From an uncultured Clostridia bacterium (lineage in GTDB: Bacteria > Bacillota > Clostridia > Christensenellales > UBA1242): DNA of 64,000 nt. The DNA is taken from contig CALVZK010000002.1 of NCBI GenBank assembly GCA_944372505.1, positions 44,692 through 108,691 on the forward strand, in the 5' to 3' direction. The notes beneath the pieces are model-generated. The model worked only from the letters and a program-made list of their open reading frames with translations. It did no database searches and had not been told where the DNA came from. Of the stretch, positions 52,908-62,663 are shown one piece after another; position 1 is the first letter of the stretch, and each line of letters starts with the position of its first letter. A program made the translations under genes and the position numbers.

Positions 52908-55031
52908 TTGATAAAATTAGAAAAAATGAATACAAAGCGATTTATAAACTTTAGATACATATTTTATCCATTTCTAGCATTTTTATTTGGTATTATTGTT
53001 GCTAGAGGCCTTTATCAAGGCAAAGTTGAGATTTTAGTTATTACAATTCTTTTACTTTTATCACTTGGCACATTTTTGATATTAAGAAAAAGATACAAAA
53101 TTTTAATTATATTATTTTGTCTATTTTTTATAGGTAATGGATTTTACTATATAGGCGAGGCAAGATATTACAATAAGGATTATACAGGGCAAGTTTTAGT
53201 TGTAGGCAGAGTCAGTGATGATTTTGAGGAAAGCGATTATTATTATCAAGTCTTATTAAAAGATGCGTCAATAAATGGAGAAAAAACTAGAAATATTAAA
53301 GTTAGTTTTTCAAAAAATGGTTTACAGTTAAAAGTTGGAGATATTGTTTCATTTGAAAGTGAAGTCGAGGCGGTCAAATTATTTTCTTTAAATAGTTTTA
53401 ATTCTACCTATTACAGAAGCAATACTGGATACACGACAGACACTGTAAATTTGAAAAATGTTGTTATAAGTGAAGGGCATGTCAATTTAGATGAAAAAAT
53501 AAGGTTGTCAGTCAAAGAAAAATTATATGACAACTTAAGTGAAGAAAATGCGTCTGTTGCCTACGCTGTTCTTTTTGGTGATAAAAGTGGTATTTCTTAT
53601 GAGGTTAAAGAAAGTTATAGAAATAGTGGCATAATTCATATTTTAACTGTCAGTGGTTTACATGTTTCTTTCCTTGTTGCTTTGATTTGGGGATTGCTAA
53701 AATTATTAAGAGTAAATAAGTATGCTAATTTTGCAATTACTACTACCATTATTATTTTTTATTCCGCGCTTTGTGGCTTCACTCCATCTGTTTTAAGAGC
53801 AGGTATAATGGGGATTATCCTTATGCTTGCGGGACTTTTACAAAAGCGCTATGATTCTCTTAACGCAATGGGTGTTGCTGGATTTATTATTCTTTTAGTT
53901 AATCCGTTAAGTGCTTTTGATGTTGGCTTTCTTATGTCTATGGCTTGTGTTTGTGGTATTATTTTACTTTATCCTTTATTTAATAATCTTTTCAAAAAGT
54001 TTATGCCTAAATTTGTTCGTCAATATATTGCTGTTTCTTTATCTGCGCAAATTACAATTTTACCATTTTTAGCGCTATTTTCTTCTTACATCAATTTACT
54101 ATCGTTTATTGTAAATTTATTTGTTGTACCTTTATTCTCTATTATCTATCCTTGGTTATTTTTCTCTGCTATCTTATCTATCATCATGCCTTTCATGTCT
54201 TTCCTATTAGTTCCTGTAGGTTGGGGATTTAGTGCTATTTATTATATCGCCTATATATTTTCTTACACTATTTTACAAGTTCCTCTTAAACCTTTCTATT
54301 TTTCTGTTATGGTTTTCTTTTTCTTGCTTGTTTATCTATGCAGTCAGTTCTTTATGTGTAAACCTATCAATAAATTTTTGTGTGCGTCCGCTATTATTTT
54401 CTGTCTTTCGTGCTCCTTTGGATTTACTTCGATTGGATCAAATATGAAAACCGGACTTGTATATCTTAATTATTATAATAAGGAAGCGATTATTCTTAAA
54501 AACTCTAATGGACAAACGATGTTAATTGGAGATAATTATTTAGTCAGCAGATACATGGACAACTTTAATTTAAACAATATTGACATTTATCTGTCCCTTG
54601 ATGATATTTCCTCTTTCAATACTTTTGATTTAAGCGAATATAAAATTAAACATTTTCTTTCTACAAATGGCGAAATTACTGATAATTTTGTCATTTGTAA
54701 TCCTAATACTAATATAACAGTTGGGGATTACGATATTGTTTTTGTAGAAAACGATAACAAGGTTATTGGGGCAAATATTTCCTTTGATGGATATCAAATT
54801 TTTGTTGCTAATAGCGAAGTTTTGAATTATAATGATATTGCTTTATTTGATAATGATTATTTTAATCCTGATATTTTTATCGTTGCCGAAGATTATTATC
54901 TTGCAGAAAACTATAATGGAATCTCTATTAGTACTGTAAAAAACGATATAACTTCTTTTAATTTTCTTGATTATGGTAATTTTTCTTTAAGTTTTAATAA
55001 CGAAAGTTTTGTTTTTAGGGGGCTTGATTGA
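52908..55031 (+). CDS. comEC: DNA internalisation competence protein ComEC/Rec2 with degenerate C-terminal MBL domain
   Basis: Polytopic Competence domain (GIIHILTVSGLHVSFL, FTPSVLRAGIMG). The C-terminal ~200 aa lacks the DxGQGD, HxHxDH and HHGS motifs. Start uncertain (TTG at 52908 or ATG at 52926). Confidence 0.85.
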   Translation: MIKLEKMNTKRFINFRYIFYPFLAFLFGIIVARGLYQGKVEILVITILLLLSLGTFLILRKRYKILIILFCLFFIGNGFYYIGEARYYNKDYTGQVLVVGRVSDDFEESDYYYQVLLKDASINGEKTRNIKVSFSKNGLQLKVGDIVSFESEVEAVKLFSLNSFNSTYYRSNTGYTTDTVNLKNVVISEGHVNLDEKIRLSVKEKLYDNLSEENASVAYAVLFGDKSGISYEVKESYRNSGIIHILTVSGLHVSFLVALIWGLLKLLRVNKYANFAITTTIIIFYSALCGFTPSVLRAGIMGIILMLAGLLQKRYDSLNAMGVAGFIILLVNPLSAFDVGFLMSMACVCGIILLYPLFNNLFKKFMPKFVRQYIAVSLSAQITILPFLALFSSYINLLSFIVNLFVVPLFSIIYPWLFFSAILSIIMPFMSFLLVPVGWGFSAIYYIAYIFSYTILQVPLKPFYFSVMVFFFLLVYLCSQFFMCKPINKFLCASAIIFCLSCSFGFTSIGSNMKTGLVYLNYYNKEAIILKNSNGQTMLIGDNYLVSRYMDNFNLNNIDIYLSLDDISSFNTFDLSEYKIKHFLSTNGEITDNFVICNPNTNITVGDYDIVFVENDNKVIGANISFDGYQIFVANSEVLNYNDIALFDNDYFNPDIFIVAEDYYLAENYNGISISTVKNDITSFNFLDYGNFSLSFNNESFVFRGLD

Positions 55032-55972
55032 AAACTTTAAAAAAACGTTTACAAAATTCTTTATCCAATTTCTATCTTCTTCAAGGGGAAGATTACTATC
55101 TTTATGATAGAGCGTTTTCTATGATTAAAAATAGGGCAAACATTCAATTAGAAGATTTTAATCTTTCTAAATTTGATGATGAAAATTTTTCCATGCAAGC
55201 CGTTATTCAGTCTGCAGAAGCAATTCCTATGGCAAGTGATTATAAAATTATATTAGTTAAAAATATCTCCAAAATTACTAAAAGTGATGAAAATTTGCTA
55301 CTTGACTATTTGAAAAATCCTTCGCCTTCTTCTATTATTGTTATTTTTGATTTCTTTAATAAATTTGATTTTATTAAAAGTCTTGTTGAATTTGTTGATT
55401 GCAAAAGATTTGACAGAAAAACTTCCTCCATTTTCCTTGTCAATGAATTTGCAAAAAGAGGGAAACAAATTAGTCAAGAAGCCTTAGATACTTTATTAGA
55501 TTATTGTAATGGCTATTTAACTAGGGCAGTGAATGAAATTGATAAACTTGCCTATTTTGACCTTTCTAATTCTTTAATTACTAAAAATCAAGTACAAATT
55601 CTGGTTAACAAAGATGAAGAATTTGCGGTCTTTGAACTTACTGAAGCATTAGGTCAAAAAAATGCAGATAAGGCTCTTAAAATTTTAAATGATCTTATTA
55701 AAGAACAAGGACTGTTAGGGCTTATCACCAATCACTTTCGTAGACTTTTCTTTATCGCTATTTCTGATCTAGATGATAAATCTCTTGCAAATCTACTTGG
55801 TGTTAAAGAATATGCTATCTCTAAACAAAAAACTCAAATTAAAAACTTTTCTAAATTACAGTTAAAAAAGATTTTTTCTCTCCTTGAAGATATTGATTTT
55901 AATATTAAATCTGGTGCTATGCTTCAAGAAAATGCACTATATTATCTCGTTCTTTCTATTCTTTATATTTAG
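55028..55972 (+). CDS. holA: DNA polymerase III subunit delta
   Basis: FYLLQGEDYYLYDRA N-terminus, length, and the conserved comEC-holA adjacency. TTG start after AGGGGG. Confidence 0.75.
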   Translation: MKTLKKRLQNSLSNFYLLQGEDYYLYDRAFSMIKNRANIQLEDFNLSKFDDENFSMQAVIQSAEAIPMASDYKIILVKNISKITKSDENLLLDYLKNPSPSSIIVIFDFFNKFDFIKSLVEFVDCKRFDRKTSSIFLVNEFAKRGKQISQEALDTLLDYCNGYLTRAVNEIDKLAYFDLSNSLITKNQVQILVNKDEEFAVFELTEALGQKNADKALKILNDLIKEQGLLGLITNHFRRLFFIAISDLDDKSLANLLGVKEYAISKQKTQIKNFSKLQLKKIFSLLEDIDFNIKSGAMLQENALYYLVLSILYI

Positions 55973-56033
55973 TGTATTTATAAATCTTGCTTTATTTTTA
56001 TATTTAAAAAAATCAATGATATTTCATTGATTT

Positions 56034-56600
56034 TTATTTCTCTTTTTCATTATTTTTTTCTTTTTTGTCCACAATGTATTTTTTGATTTCATCATAAACT
56101 GCTTTGACTCTTTTGTCTTTTTTTATTTTATTGTATTCTTCTTCTAAATATTTTTCAGCTTCTTCAATATTTTCATTGTTAATTAGTGCTAAATGTTCTG
56201 AACTTTTATCACTTTTATTTTCTAACAAAAATTTTATACTTGCTTTGCTATCTTTAGATCGAATAATTACTTTCTCGTGCTGTTTCAAAATTTCTTTGCT
56301 AGGAGAATATTTAGATTGATCTAAGTTGTATTTAACATTTTTGCTTAAAATAATAGCAAGATGAAGCATTTCTTCTTCCTCTGTATCTAATATTTTTTCT
56401 TTTCTATTTTTAATTAAGATTTCATTTATTAAATCAATTTCTAAATTATCAAATAAATTTTTTAATATTTTTTTTAGTACTGAATTCGCATATTTTAATC
56501 CTTTTTCTTTTTTTATTATTTTATAATTATTGTAAATATCAGTTACAGTTCTGTTATCTTTAAAAAAAACTTCTTGCATAATCTCTTTTTCGTTGCTCAT
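56034..56600 (-). CDS. Lys/Glu-rich hypothetical protein
   Basis: 188-aa ORF with a GGAGGA RBS and its own TTGACA-17-TAATAT promoter (56638-56666, minus strand). Confidence 0.55.
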   Translation of the reverse strand: MSNEKEIMQEVFFKDNRTVTDIYNNYKIIKKEKGLKYANSVLKKILKNLFDNLEIDLINEILIKNRKEKILDTEEEEMLHLAIILSKNVKYNLDQSKYSPSKEILKQHEKVIIRSKDSKASIKFLLENKSDKSSEHLALINNENIEEAEKYLEEEYNKIKKDKRVKAVYDEIKKYIVDKKEKNNEKEK

Positions 56601-56691
56601 TTTTGTCCTCCATAAAATACAAAAATTTTCAATTTTATATTAGTATAATTAAATAAAAATGTCAATATTGTTTTATGTTTCTTTATGATTT

Positions 56692-57861
56692 TTAAAACAT
56701 ATATAGATTATTTAGGTCAATCTCATCAAGAGAATTTTTATTGTCAAACTCACTATGTATTTTGTTCGATGCTTGAGATGAACTTTTTCTGTTTAAAGTT
56801 TTTCTACGACGAGGAAGTTTGTAAGATTTTCTTTCTGTGTTTACCGAAATTCCTTTCTCTTTCTTTATTGTTAGGGTGATATTGCCTTCTTCATAAGTAC
56901 AATATACAGGTCCATGTTTTTTTAACCTTTCAAGTGTTTTTTTGTCAGGGTGTCCATATATGTTTTCTTTTGCACAACTAATAATTGAATAAAAGTTGTC
57001 AGCAAATTCATTAAGAAAAGTTTCACTTGATGAATTTTTAGAACAATGATGAGCTACCTTAACGACGATTGTTTTTGATAAATCAATCTGATTATCCTCA
57101 CAAAAAAGTTGAATTTTATCTTCTATATTTGAACTTATATCACCTAAAAATATAAAATTTTTATTTTTATAATTTGCTAAAAGAACTAAAGAATTGTCGT
57201 TTTCATTTGTGTATAAATCGGTTGGACTTAAAAATCTAAAATGTATATTTCCAATATTAAATGATAAACCATTTAAAATATCTTGAGTTGTAATAAAATT
57301 AATTTTATCACATCGTATTTCTTCATAATTTTGGTATTTAGATATTTCTTCAGGTTTTGGACGTGTTTTCTTTCTTGAGTTCAATAAGAATATTTCATTA
57401 ATATGATTTTTTTTGACAATATTTGTAAAATCTTCCATATGATCTTTATGTAAATGTGTAAGGATGGCAAATTTGATAGTTTTTTTAACATAAGTATTGA
57501 GGTAATTTTCCACTTTCCCTTTGTCGCCTCCAAAATCTATTAAAGCAAATTCTCCCTTGTTTTCAATTAGAAAACTTTCTCCTTGTCCACAATCAATTGC
57601 GGTAATTTTACATCCAGTATCATTTATTTGTTTCTTTCTTTTTATTTTTTTATATGGAGTTATATTTCTAAAAGGAGATAAAATATTTTTAAAAAGGAAT
57701 GGATTTGTTTTATCTCTATTATAGTATTTTAACGACAAATAATCTGAAATTATTTCAGATTCTTTATCATAATCAAATCTTTTATTGTCAAATCCTCTAA
57801 TTTTTTTTACATTTAACAAATTTTTAATTTTAGGAATTTGCCATTCTTTCTTTAACTGCAT
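56692..57861 (-). CDS. Standalone ComEC-type MBL-fold protein, copy A
   Basis: ITAIDCGQGESFLIE, AILTHLHKDHMEDF, VKVAHHCSKNSSSETF, NIYGHPDKKTLERL. No TM or signal peptide. Start lies inside the upstream partner gene. Confidence 0.8.
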   Translation of the reverse strand: MQLKKEWQIPKIKNLLNVKKIRGFDNKRFDYDKESEIISDYLSLKYYNRDKTNPFLFKNILSPFRNITPYKKIKRKKQINDTGCKITAIDCGQGESFLIENKGEFALIDFGGDKGKVENYLNTYVKKTIKFAILTHLHKDHMEDFTNIVKKNHINEIFLLNSRKKTRPKPEEISKYQNYEEIRCDKINFITTQDILNGLSFNIGNIHFRFLSPTDLYTNENDNSLVLLANYKNKNFIFLGDISSNIEDKIQLFCEDNQIDLSKTIVVKVAHHCSKNSSSETFLNEFADNFYSIISCAKENIYGHPDKKTLERLKKHGPVYCTYEEGNITLTIKKEKGISVNTERKSYKLPRRRKTLNRKSSSQASNKIHSEFDNKNSLDEIDLNNLYMF

Positions 57862-58939
57862 CAAGTTTTTTCTCCAATAAATCTAATTCGTAGTTATATG
57901 AAATATCATATTCTACATGAGAAAAATAATATTTTTTTTGTTTAGTTTGTTTGTCGTATACTAATACTACAATATCCTCAGGTCTTGCATATTTAGGCAA
58001 ATCTTCTTCATCGACATAATTATTGAAATCGTTTTCAACATTACAATTTGATAATCTATACACATGATCGAATTCAAGTTCCATAATTTCATATTTGCCG
58101 ATTATATCTTCTTTGGAATACGGTAAAGGATGTTTAATATAATATTCTTCGGCTTTTTTACTAATTTTTTCTAATATTTTTCTTTTATTTTTTAAAGCAT
58201 TTATTTTTTCTGTATATTTATCATAATATTCTTGAAGAGTTTTGCACCCTTTTACATTTGATGCTTTCATTAAAACTTGATTGTAAGTAACATTTAACTC
58301 TTTTAAATCATCGTCAAAGATATATGCATAAGAAGGACCTAATTCAAATTTTAAATATATATCTCCAGTTGTGAGATTCCCATTAAGTTCATAATCGCAA
58401 ATAAATGTTAATTTATGGATATCATCAAGTTCACACATGGATACGCCATATTTGTAGATATCTTCAACAAGATATCTATGAATTTTAAAATGATTATTGT
58501 CAAATTTTACTTTATTATCAAATCTTGCTAAAAAATCCTTAAAGTATTTAGTAAAAATATGATCTTTTATTAATTTATCACCATTTATATATACAAGGTC
58601 AAGGGGAGAAAATTCTTGTTGTGGTTTGTTAAATTTGATTAGCTTTTTATCTCCATTCTTGATTAAATAAATGTATTTGTTATCAATTTTTTTAATAATA
58701 TGAAGATCTTCCAAAGTAGGAATAAATTTTTCTTCAGATTTTTGTATTTGTTTAAATATGTGGGGGTTAAAATATTCATTAAAACAATTTCCTACTTTAA
58801 CATCACCTTCAAATTCATTTCGAAAATATCCAAACTTTATACCGGAATGATTTTCGGTTAAAACTACATATTTATTACAATACAATACTCTATTAAAACG
58901 TAATTGATTTATTTTATCTATTCTTTTTTCTTTATCCAT
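57830..58939 (-). CDS. Uncharacterised partner protein, copy A
   Basis: 369-aa ORF with GGAG RBS. No motif I recognise. Its last ~11 codons overlap the MBL-A start. Confidence 0.7.
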   Translation of the reverse strand: MDKEKRIDKINQLRFNRVLYCNKYVVLTENHSGIKFGYFRNEFEGDVKVGNCFNEYFNPHIFKQIQKSEEKFIPTLEDLHIIKKIDNKYIYLIKNGDKKLIKFNKPQQEFSPLDLVYINGDKLIKDHIFTKYFKDFLARFDNKVKFDNNHFKIHRYLVEDIYKYGVSMCELDDIHKLTFICDYELNGNLTTGDIYLKFELGPSYAYIFDDDLKELNVTYNQVLMKASNVKGCKTLQEYYDKYTEKINALKNKRKILEKISKKAEEYYIKHPLPYSKEDIIGKYEIMELEFDHVYRLSNCNVENDFNNYVDEEDLPKYARPEDIVVLVYDKQTKQKKYYFSHVEYDISYNYELDLLEKKLDAVKERMANS

Positions 58940-58951
58940 AAATACTCCTTT

Positions 58952-60112
58952 TTAAATTGCAATAAAATTATCTAAATCAATTTCACCAATATTATTTGTT
59001 TCTCTATGTATTTTGTTCGATTCTTGAGATGAACTTTTTCTGTTTAAAGATTTTCTAATTCGAGGAAGATTGTAAGATTCTCTTTCTGTATTTACCGAAA
59101 TTCCTTTCTCTTTCTTTATTGTTAGGGTGATATTGCCTTCTTCATAAGTACAGTATACAGGTCCATGTTTTTTTAACCTTTCAAGTGTTTTTTTGTCAGG
59201 GTGTCCATATATGTTTTCTTTTGCACAACTAATAATTGAATAAAAGTTGTCAGCAAATTCATTAAGAAAAGTTTCGCTCGATGAATATTTAGAACAATGA
59301 TGAGCTACCTTAACAACTACTGTTTTTGATAAATCAATGTTGTTTTTTTCACAGAATTTTGAGATTTTTCTTTCAGTTGCAAATCCTACATCTCCTAAAA
59401 ATATAAAATTTTTGTTTTGGTAGGTTGCAAGAAGAACTAAAGAGTTGTCGTTTTCTTTATCAGAAATTTCAATAGGACTTAAAAATTTAAATTCTACATT
59501 ACCAACATTAAATGATAGACCATTTAAAATATCTTGAGTTGTAATAAAATTAATTTTATCACATCGTATTTCCTCATAATTTTGATATTTAATAAATTCT
59601 TTTTGTTTTGGTGGTTTCTCATTTCTTGAATTTAATAAAAAAATTTGATTTATATTAAAATTTTTAACAATATCGACAAAATCTCCCATATGATCATCAT
59701 GTAAATGAGTAAGAATAGCAAATTTAATGGGTTTTTTAACATATGTCTTTAAATATCTTGCAATATTTCCTTTATCCTTCCCAAAATCTATTAAAGCATA
59801 TTCTCCTTTGTTTTCAATTAAAAAACTTTCTCCTTGTCCACAATCAATTGCGGTAATTTTACATCCAGTATCATTTATTTTTCTTTTTCTATCAATTTTT
59901 TTGTATGAGGTTAAATTTCTAAAAGGAGATAAAATATTTTTAAAAAGGAATGGGTTTGCTTTATCTTTATTATAATATTTTAACGACAAATAATCTGAGA
60001 TTATTTCAGATTCTTCTTCTAAATCCTTTATTTTATTGTTTTGTCCTTTAATAAAATGTACATTAATGTAATTTTTTATTTTAGGAATTTGCCATTCTTT
60101 CTTTAACTGCAT
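58952..60112 (-). CDS. Standalone ComEC-type MBL-fold protein, copy B
   Basis: Same motifs as copy A (AILTHLHDDHMGDF, VKVAHHCSKYSSSETF). About four fifths identical to copy A by eye. Confidence 0.8.
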   Translation of the reverse strand: MQLKKEWQIPKIKNYINVHFIKGQNNKIKDLEEESEIISDYLSLKYYNKDKANPFLFKNILSPFRNLTSYKKIDRKRKINDTGCKITAIDCGQGESFLIENKGEYALIDFGKDKGNIARYLKTYVKKPIKFAILTHLHDDHMGDFVDIVKNFNINQIFLLNSRNEKPPKQKEFIKYQNYEEIRCDKINFITTQDILNGLSFNVGNVEFKFLSPIEISDKENDNSLVLLATYQNKNFIFLGDVGFATERKISKFCEKNNIDLSKTVVVKVAHHCSKYSSSETFLNEFADNFYSIISCAKENIYGHPDKKTLERLKKHGPVYCTYEEGNITLTIKKEKGISVNTERESYNLPRIRKSLNRKSSSQESNKIHRETNNIGEIDLDNFIAI

Positions 60113-61181
60113 CAAGTTTTTTCTCCAAATAATTTAAATAATAATTAAAAGAATTATCATAATCAGTACGAGTGAAATAATATTTTTCTTGTTTAGTATT
60201 TTTATCTTTTACAAGAATAACTATATCTTTTTCCCTTACATAATTAGGTAGATCTTTTATTTCAACATAGATACATTTTGTATCATCATCATAATCTACC
60301 AACCTATATACATTGTCAGTCTCTAGTTCAACTACTTCAAATTTTCCAATAATATCTTTTTCGGAAAATGGCAAAGGATGTTTAGCATAATATTCTTCGG
60401 CTTTCTTACTAATTTTTTCAAATATTTTTCTTTTATTTTTTAAAGCATTTATTTTTTTTGTATATTTATCATAATATTCTTGAAGAGTTTTGCACCCTTT
60501 TACATTTGATGTTTTCATTAAAACTTGGTTATAAGTAACTTTTAACTCTTTTAAATCATCGTCAAAGATATATGCATAAGAAGGACCTAATTCAATTTTT
60601 AAATATATATCTCCAGTTGTAAAATTCCCATTAAGTTCATAATCGCAAATATATGTTAATTGATTAATATCATCAAGTTCACATATGGAGACACCATGTT
60701 TATGAAAGTCTTCAACAAGATATCTATGAATTCTAAAATGGTTATTGTCAAATTTTACTTTATTATCAAATCTTGCTAAAAAATCCTTAAAGTATTTAGT
60801 AAAAACATTATCTTTTATTAGCTTGTCACCATTTATATATACAAGGTCAAGAGGAGAAAATTCTTCTTGTGGTTTGTTAAATTTAATTAGTTTTTTATCT
60901 CCATTCTTAATTAAGTAAATGTATTTGTTGTCAATTTTTTTAATAATATGAAGTTCTTCAAGTGTAGGAATAAATGTTTCTTCAGATTTTTCTACTAAAA
61001 CAAAGGTTTTACCATTTGAACCAAAATTAAGATCATAATAAGCCCCAATTTGCGGAGGATCAACAAAAATTTCTTTTGACCAGCCAAGTTTATATCCATC
61101 GCAATCTTCGGTTAATACAACATATTTATTAAAAAAGAGAACTTTATCTAAATTTAATTTTTTCATTTTTTCTTTATCCAT
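60081..61181 (-). CDS. Uncharacterised partner protein, copy B
   Basis: 366 aa. The central ~230 aa is nearly identical to copy A, the termini are diverged. Overlaps the MBL-B start. Confidence 0.7.
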   Translation of the reverse strand: MDKEKMKKLNLDKVLFFNKYVVLTEDCDGYKLGWSKEIFVDPPQIGAYYDLNFGSNGKTFVLVEKSEETFIPTLEELHIIKKIDNKYIYLIKNGDKKLIKFNKPQEEFSPLDLVYINGDKLIKDNVFTKYFKDFLARFDNKVKFDNNHFRIHRYLVEDFHKHGVSICELDDINQLTYICDYELNGNFTTGDIYLKIELGPSYAYIFDDDLKELKVTYNQVLMKTSNVKGCKTLQEYYDKYTKKINALKNKRKIFEKISKKAEEYYAKHPLPFSEKDIIGKFEVVELETDNVYRLVDYDDDTKCIYVEIKDLPNYVREKDIVILVKDKNTKQEKYYFTRTDYDNSFNYYLNYLEKKLDAVKERMANS

Positions 61182-61352
61182 AATTTTTATCTCCCAAATG
61201 AATTTAAATTAATCTTACATTCTTATATGTTTATATATTATCATACTTAATTTATATAGTCAATGAAATATTTTTTTGAATATATAAAAGATTTCCTCTT
61301 TTACTTGAAAATAATTTATTTTTATGCTAATCTTAAAATTGGAATTGATATT

Positions 61353-62663
61353 ATGTATAAACCTGTTGTTGCTATTGTTGGTAGACCAAATGTTGGAAAA
61401 AGCACTTTTTTTAATAAAATTTGCGGTAAAAGAATTAGTATTGTTGATGACACTCCTGGTGTAACAAGAGATAGAATTTACGCTGATGGTGAATGGAGTG
61501 GGCATGCTTTTACTTTGGTTGATACTGGGGGCTTAGATTCTACAAGTGATGATAAGTTCCAAAATGATATAAAAAAACAGGCTCAGATTGCAATTCAAGA
61601 AGCAGATGTTATTGTTTTTATGGTTGATGGTAGGGTAGGAGTTACTGCAAATGATGAAGAAGTTGCCACAATTCTCCATAGGAGCAAAAAACCTGTTGTG
61701 CTTGTTGTTAACAAACTTGATCGTTTTGAAGTAGAAAATACTTATGATTTTTATAGTTTGGCGTTAGGACACCCATATCCGTTATCTGTTATGCAAAGTA
61801 AAGGCATCGGCGATATTTTAGATGCAATAGTTTCATATTTTAAAGACAATTCGACAAATGAGGAGTCAAAATATTGTAAAGTTGCCATTGTTGGTAGACC
61901 TAATGTAGGAAAAAGTTCAATTGTAAATAAATTGATTGGAAATGAAAGGGTGGTTGTAAGTGATGTTGAAGGTACAACGAGGGATTCTGTGTTGGTGCCT
62001 TTTAAATACAACAAAAAAGATTATGCACTTGTTGACACGGCGGGGTTAAGACGTCAGCGAAGCGTAGAAAAAATTTCTGTTGAAGGGTACAGTGTTTTAA
62101 GAACTATGTCTGCAATAGATGAAGCAGATATCGTTTTAATTGTAGTTGATGGCAGCGAGGAAAAACTTTCAGAACAAGACGTTAGAATTGCGGGATATGT
62201 TCATGAAGCTGGAAAGCCTTCTGTAATTGTTGTAAATAAATGGGATATTAAATCTAAATCTAAAGAAAAATTTGAGAAAGGACTCGTACAGGATCTAAGT
62301 TTCATGAGTTATTTTCAATCTATTTATGTATCGGCGTTAACTGGTCAAAGTATTGGCCAAATTATGGAATTAGCAGAATTAAGTTATCAAAACAGCGCAA
62401 GAAGAATTACAACCGGATTGCTTAATAATATTTTGCACGACGCTATATTGAATTTTGAGCCACCAGCTAAAGGTACTACAAAGACAAAAATTAAATACAT
62501 TACTCAAACTTCAGTTTGTCCGCCTACGTTCGTTCTTTTTGTTAATGATGCAAATTTAATTAATTTTTCTTATAAAAGATATCTTGAAAATAGATTTAGA
62601 GAGCGTTTAGATTTAAAAGGCACACCAATAAAATTTGTTATTAAAGGAAAAGGAGAGGAATAA
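61353..62663 (+). CDS. der: Ribosome-associated GTPase Der/EngA
   Basis: Two GTPase domains (VAIVGRPNVGKST twice; DTGG / DTAG; NKLD / NKWD) plus a KH-like C-terminus. Start at the ATG at 61353. Confidence 0.96.
   Translation: MYKPVVAIVGRPNVGKSTFFNKICGKRISIVDDTPGVTRDRIYADGEWSGHAFTLVDTGGLDSTSDDKFQNDIKKQAQIAIQEADVIVFMVDGRVGVTANDEEVATILHRSKKPVVLVVNKLDRFEVENTYDFYSLALGHPYPLSVMQSKGIGDILDAIVSYFKDNSTNEESKYCKVAIVGRPNVGKSSIVNKLIGNERVVVSDVEGTTRDSVLVPFKYNKKDYALVDTAGLRRQRSVEKISVEGYSVLRTMSAIDEADIVLIVVDGSEEKLSEQDVRIAGYVHEAGKPSVIVVNKWDIKSKSKEKFEKGLVQDLSFMSYFQSIYVSALTGQSIGQIMELAELSYQNSARRITTGLLNNILHDAILNFEPPAKGTTKTKIKYITQTSVCPPTFVLFVNDANLINFSYKRYLENRFRERLDLKGTPIKFVIKGKGEE

Larger units (their letters stand above)
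56692..61181 (-). repeat. Tandem duplication of the two-gene cassette (period about 2.25 kb)
   Basis: Cassette A is 56692-58939 and cassette B is 58952-61181. Near-identical blocks include ~56845-57025 vs ~59096-59276 and 57827-57877 vs 60078-60128. Confidence 0.95.

Noticed and set aside
57827-57877. Considered programmed frameshifting that would fuse the partner and MBL proteins across the 32-nt overlap.
   Set aside because: There is no canonical slippery heptamer or downstream structure. An internal GGAG plus ATG gives a simpler explanation by translational coupling. It cannot be excluded without proteomics.
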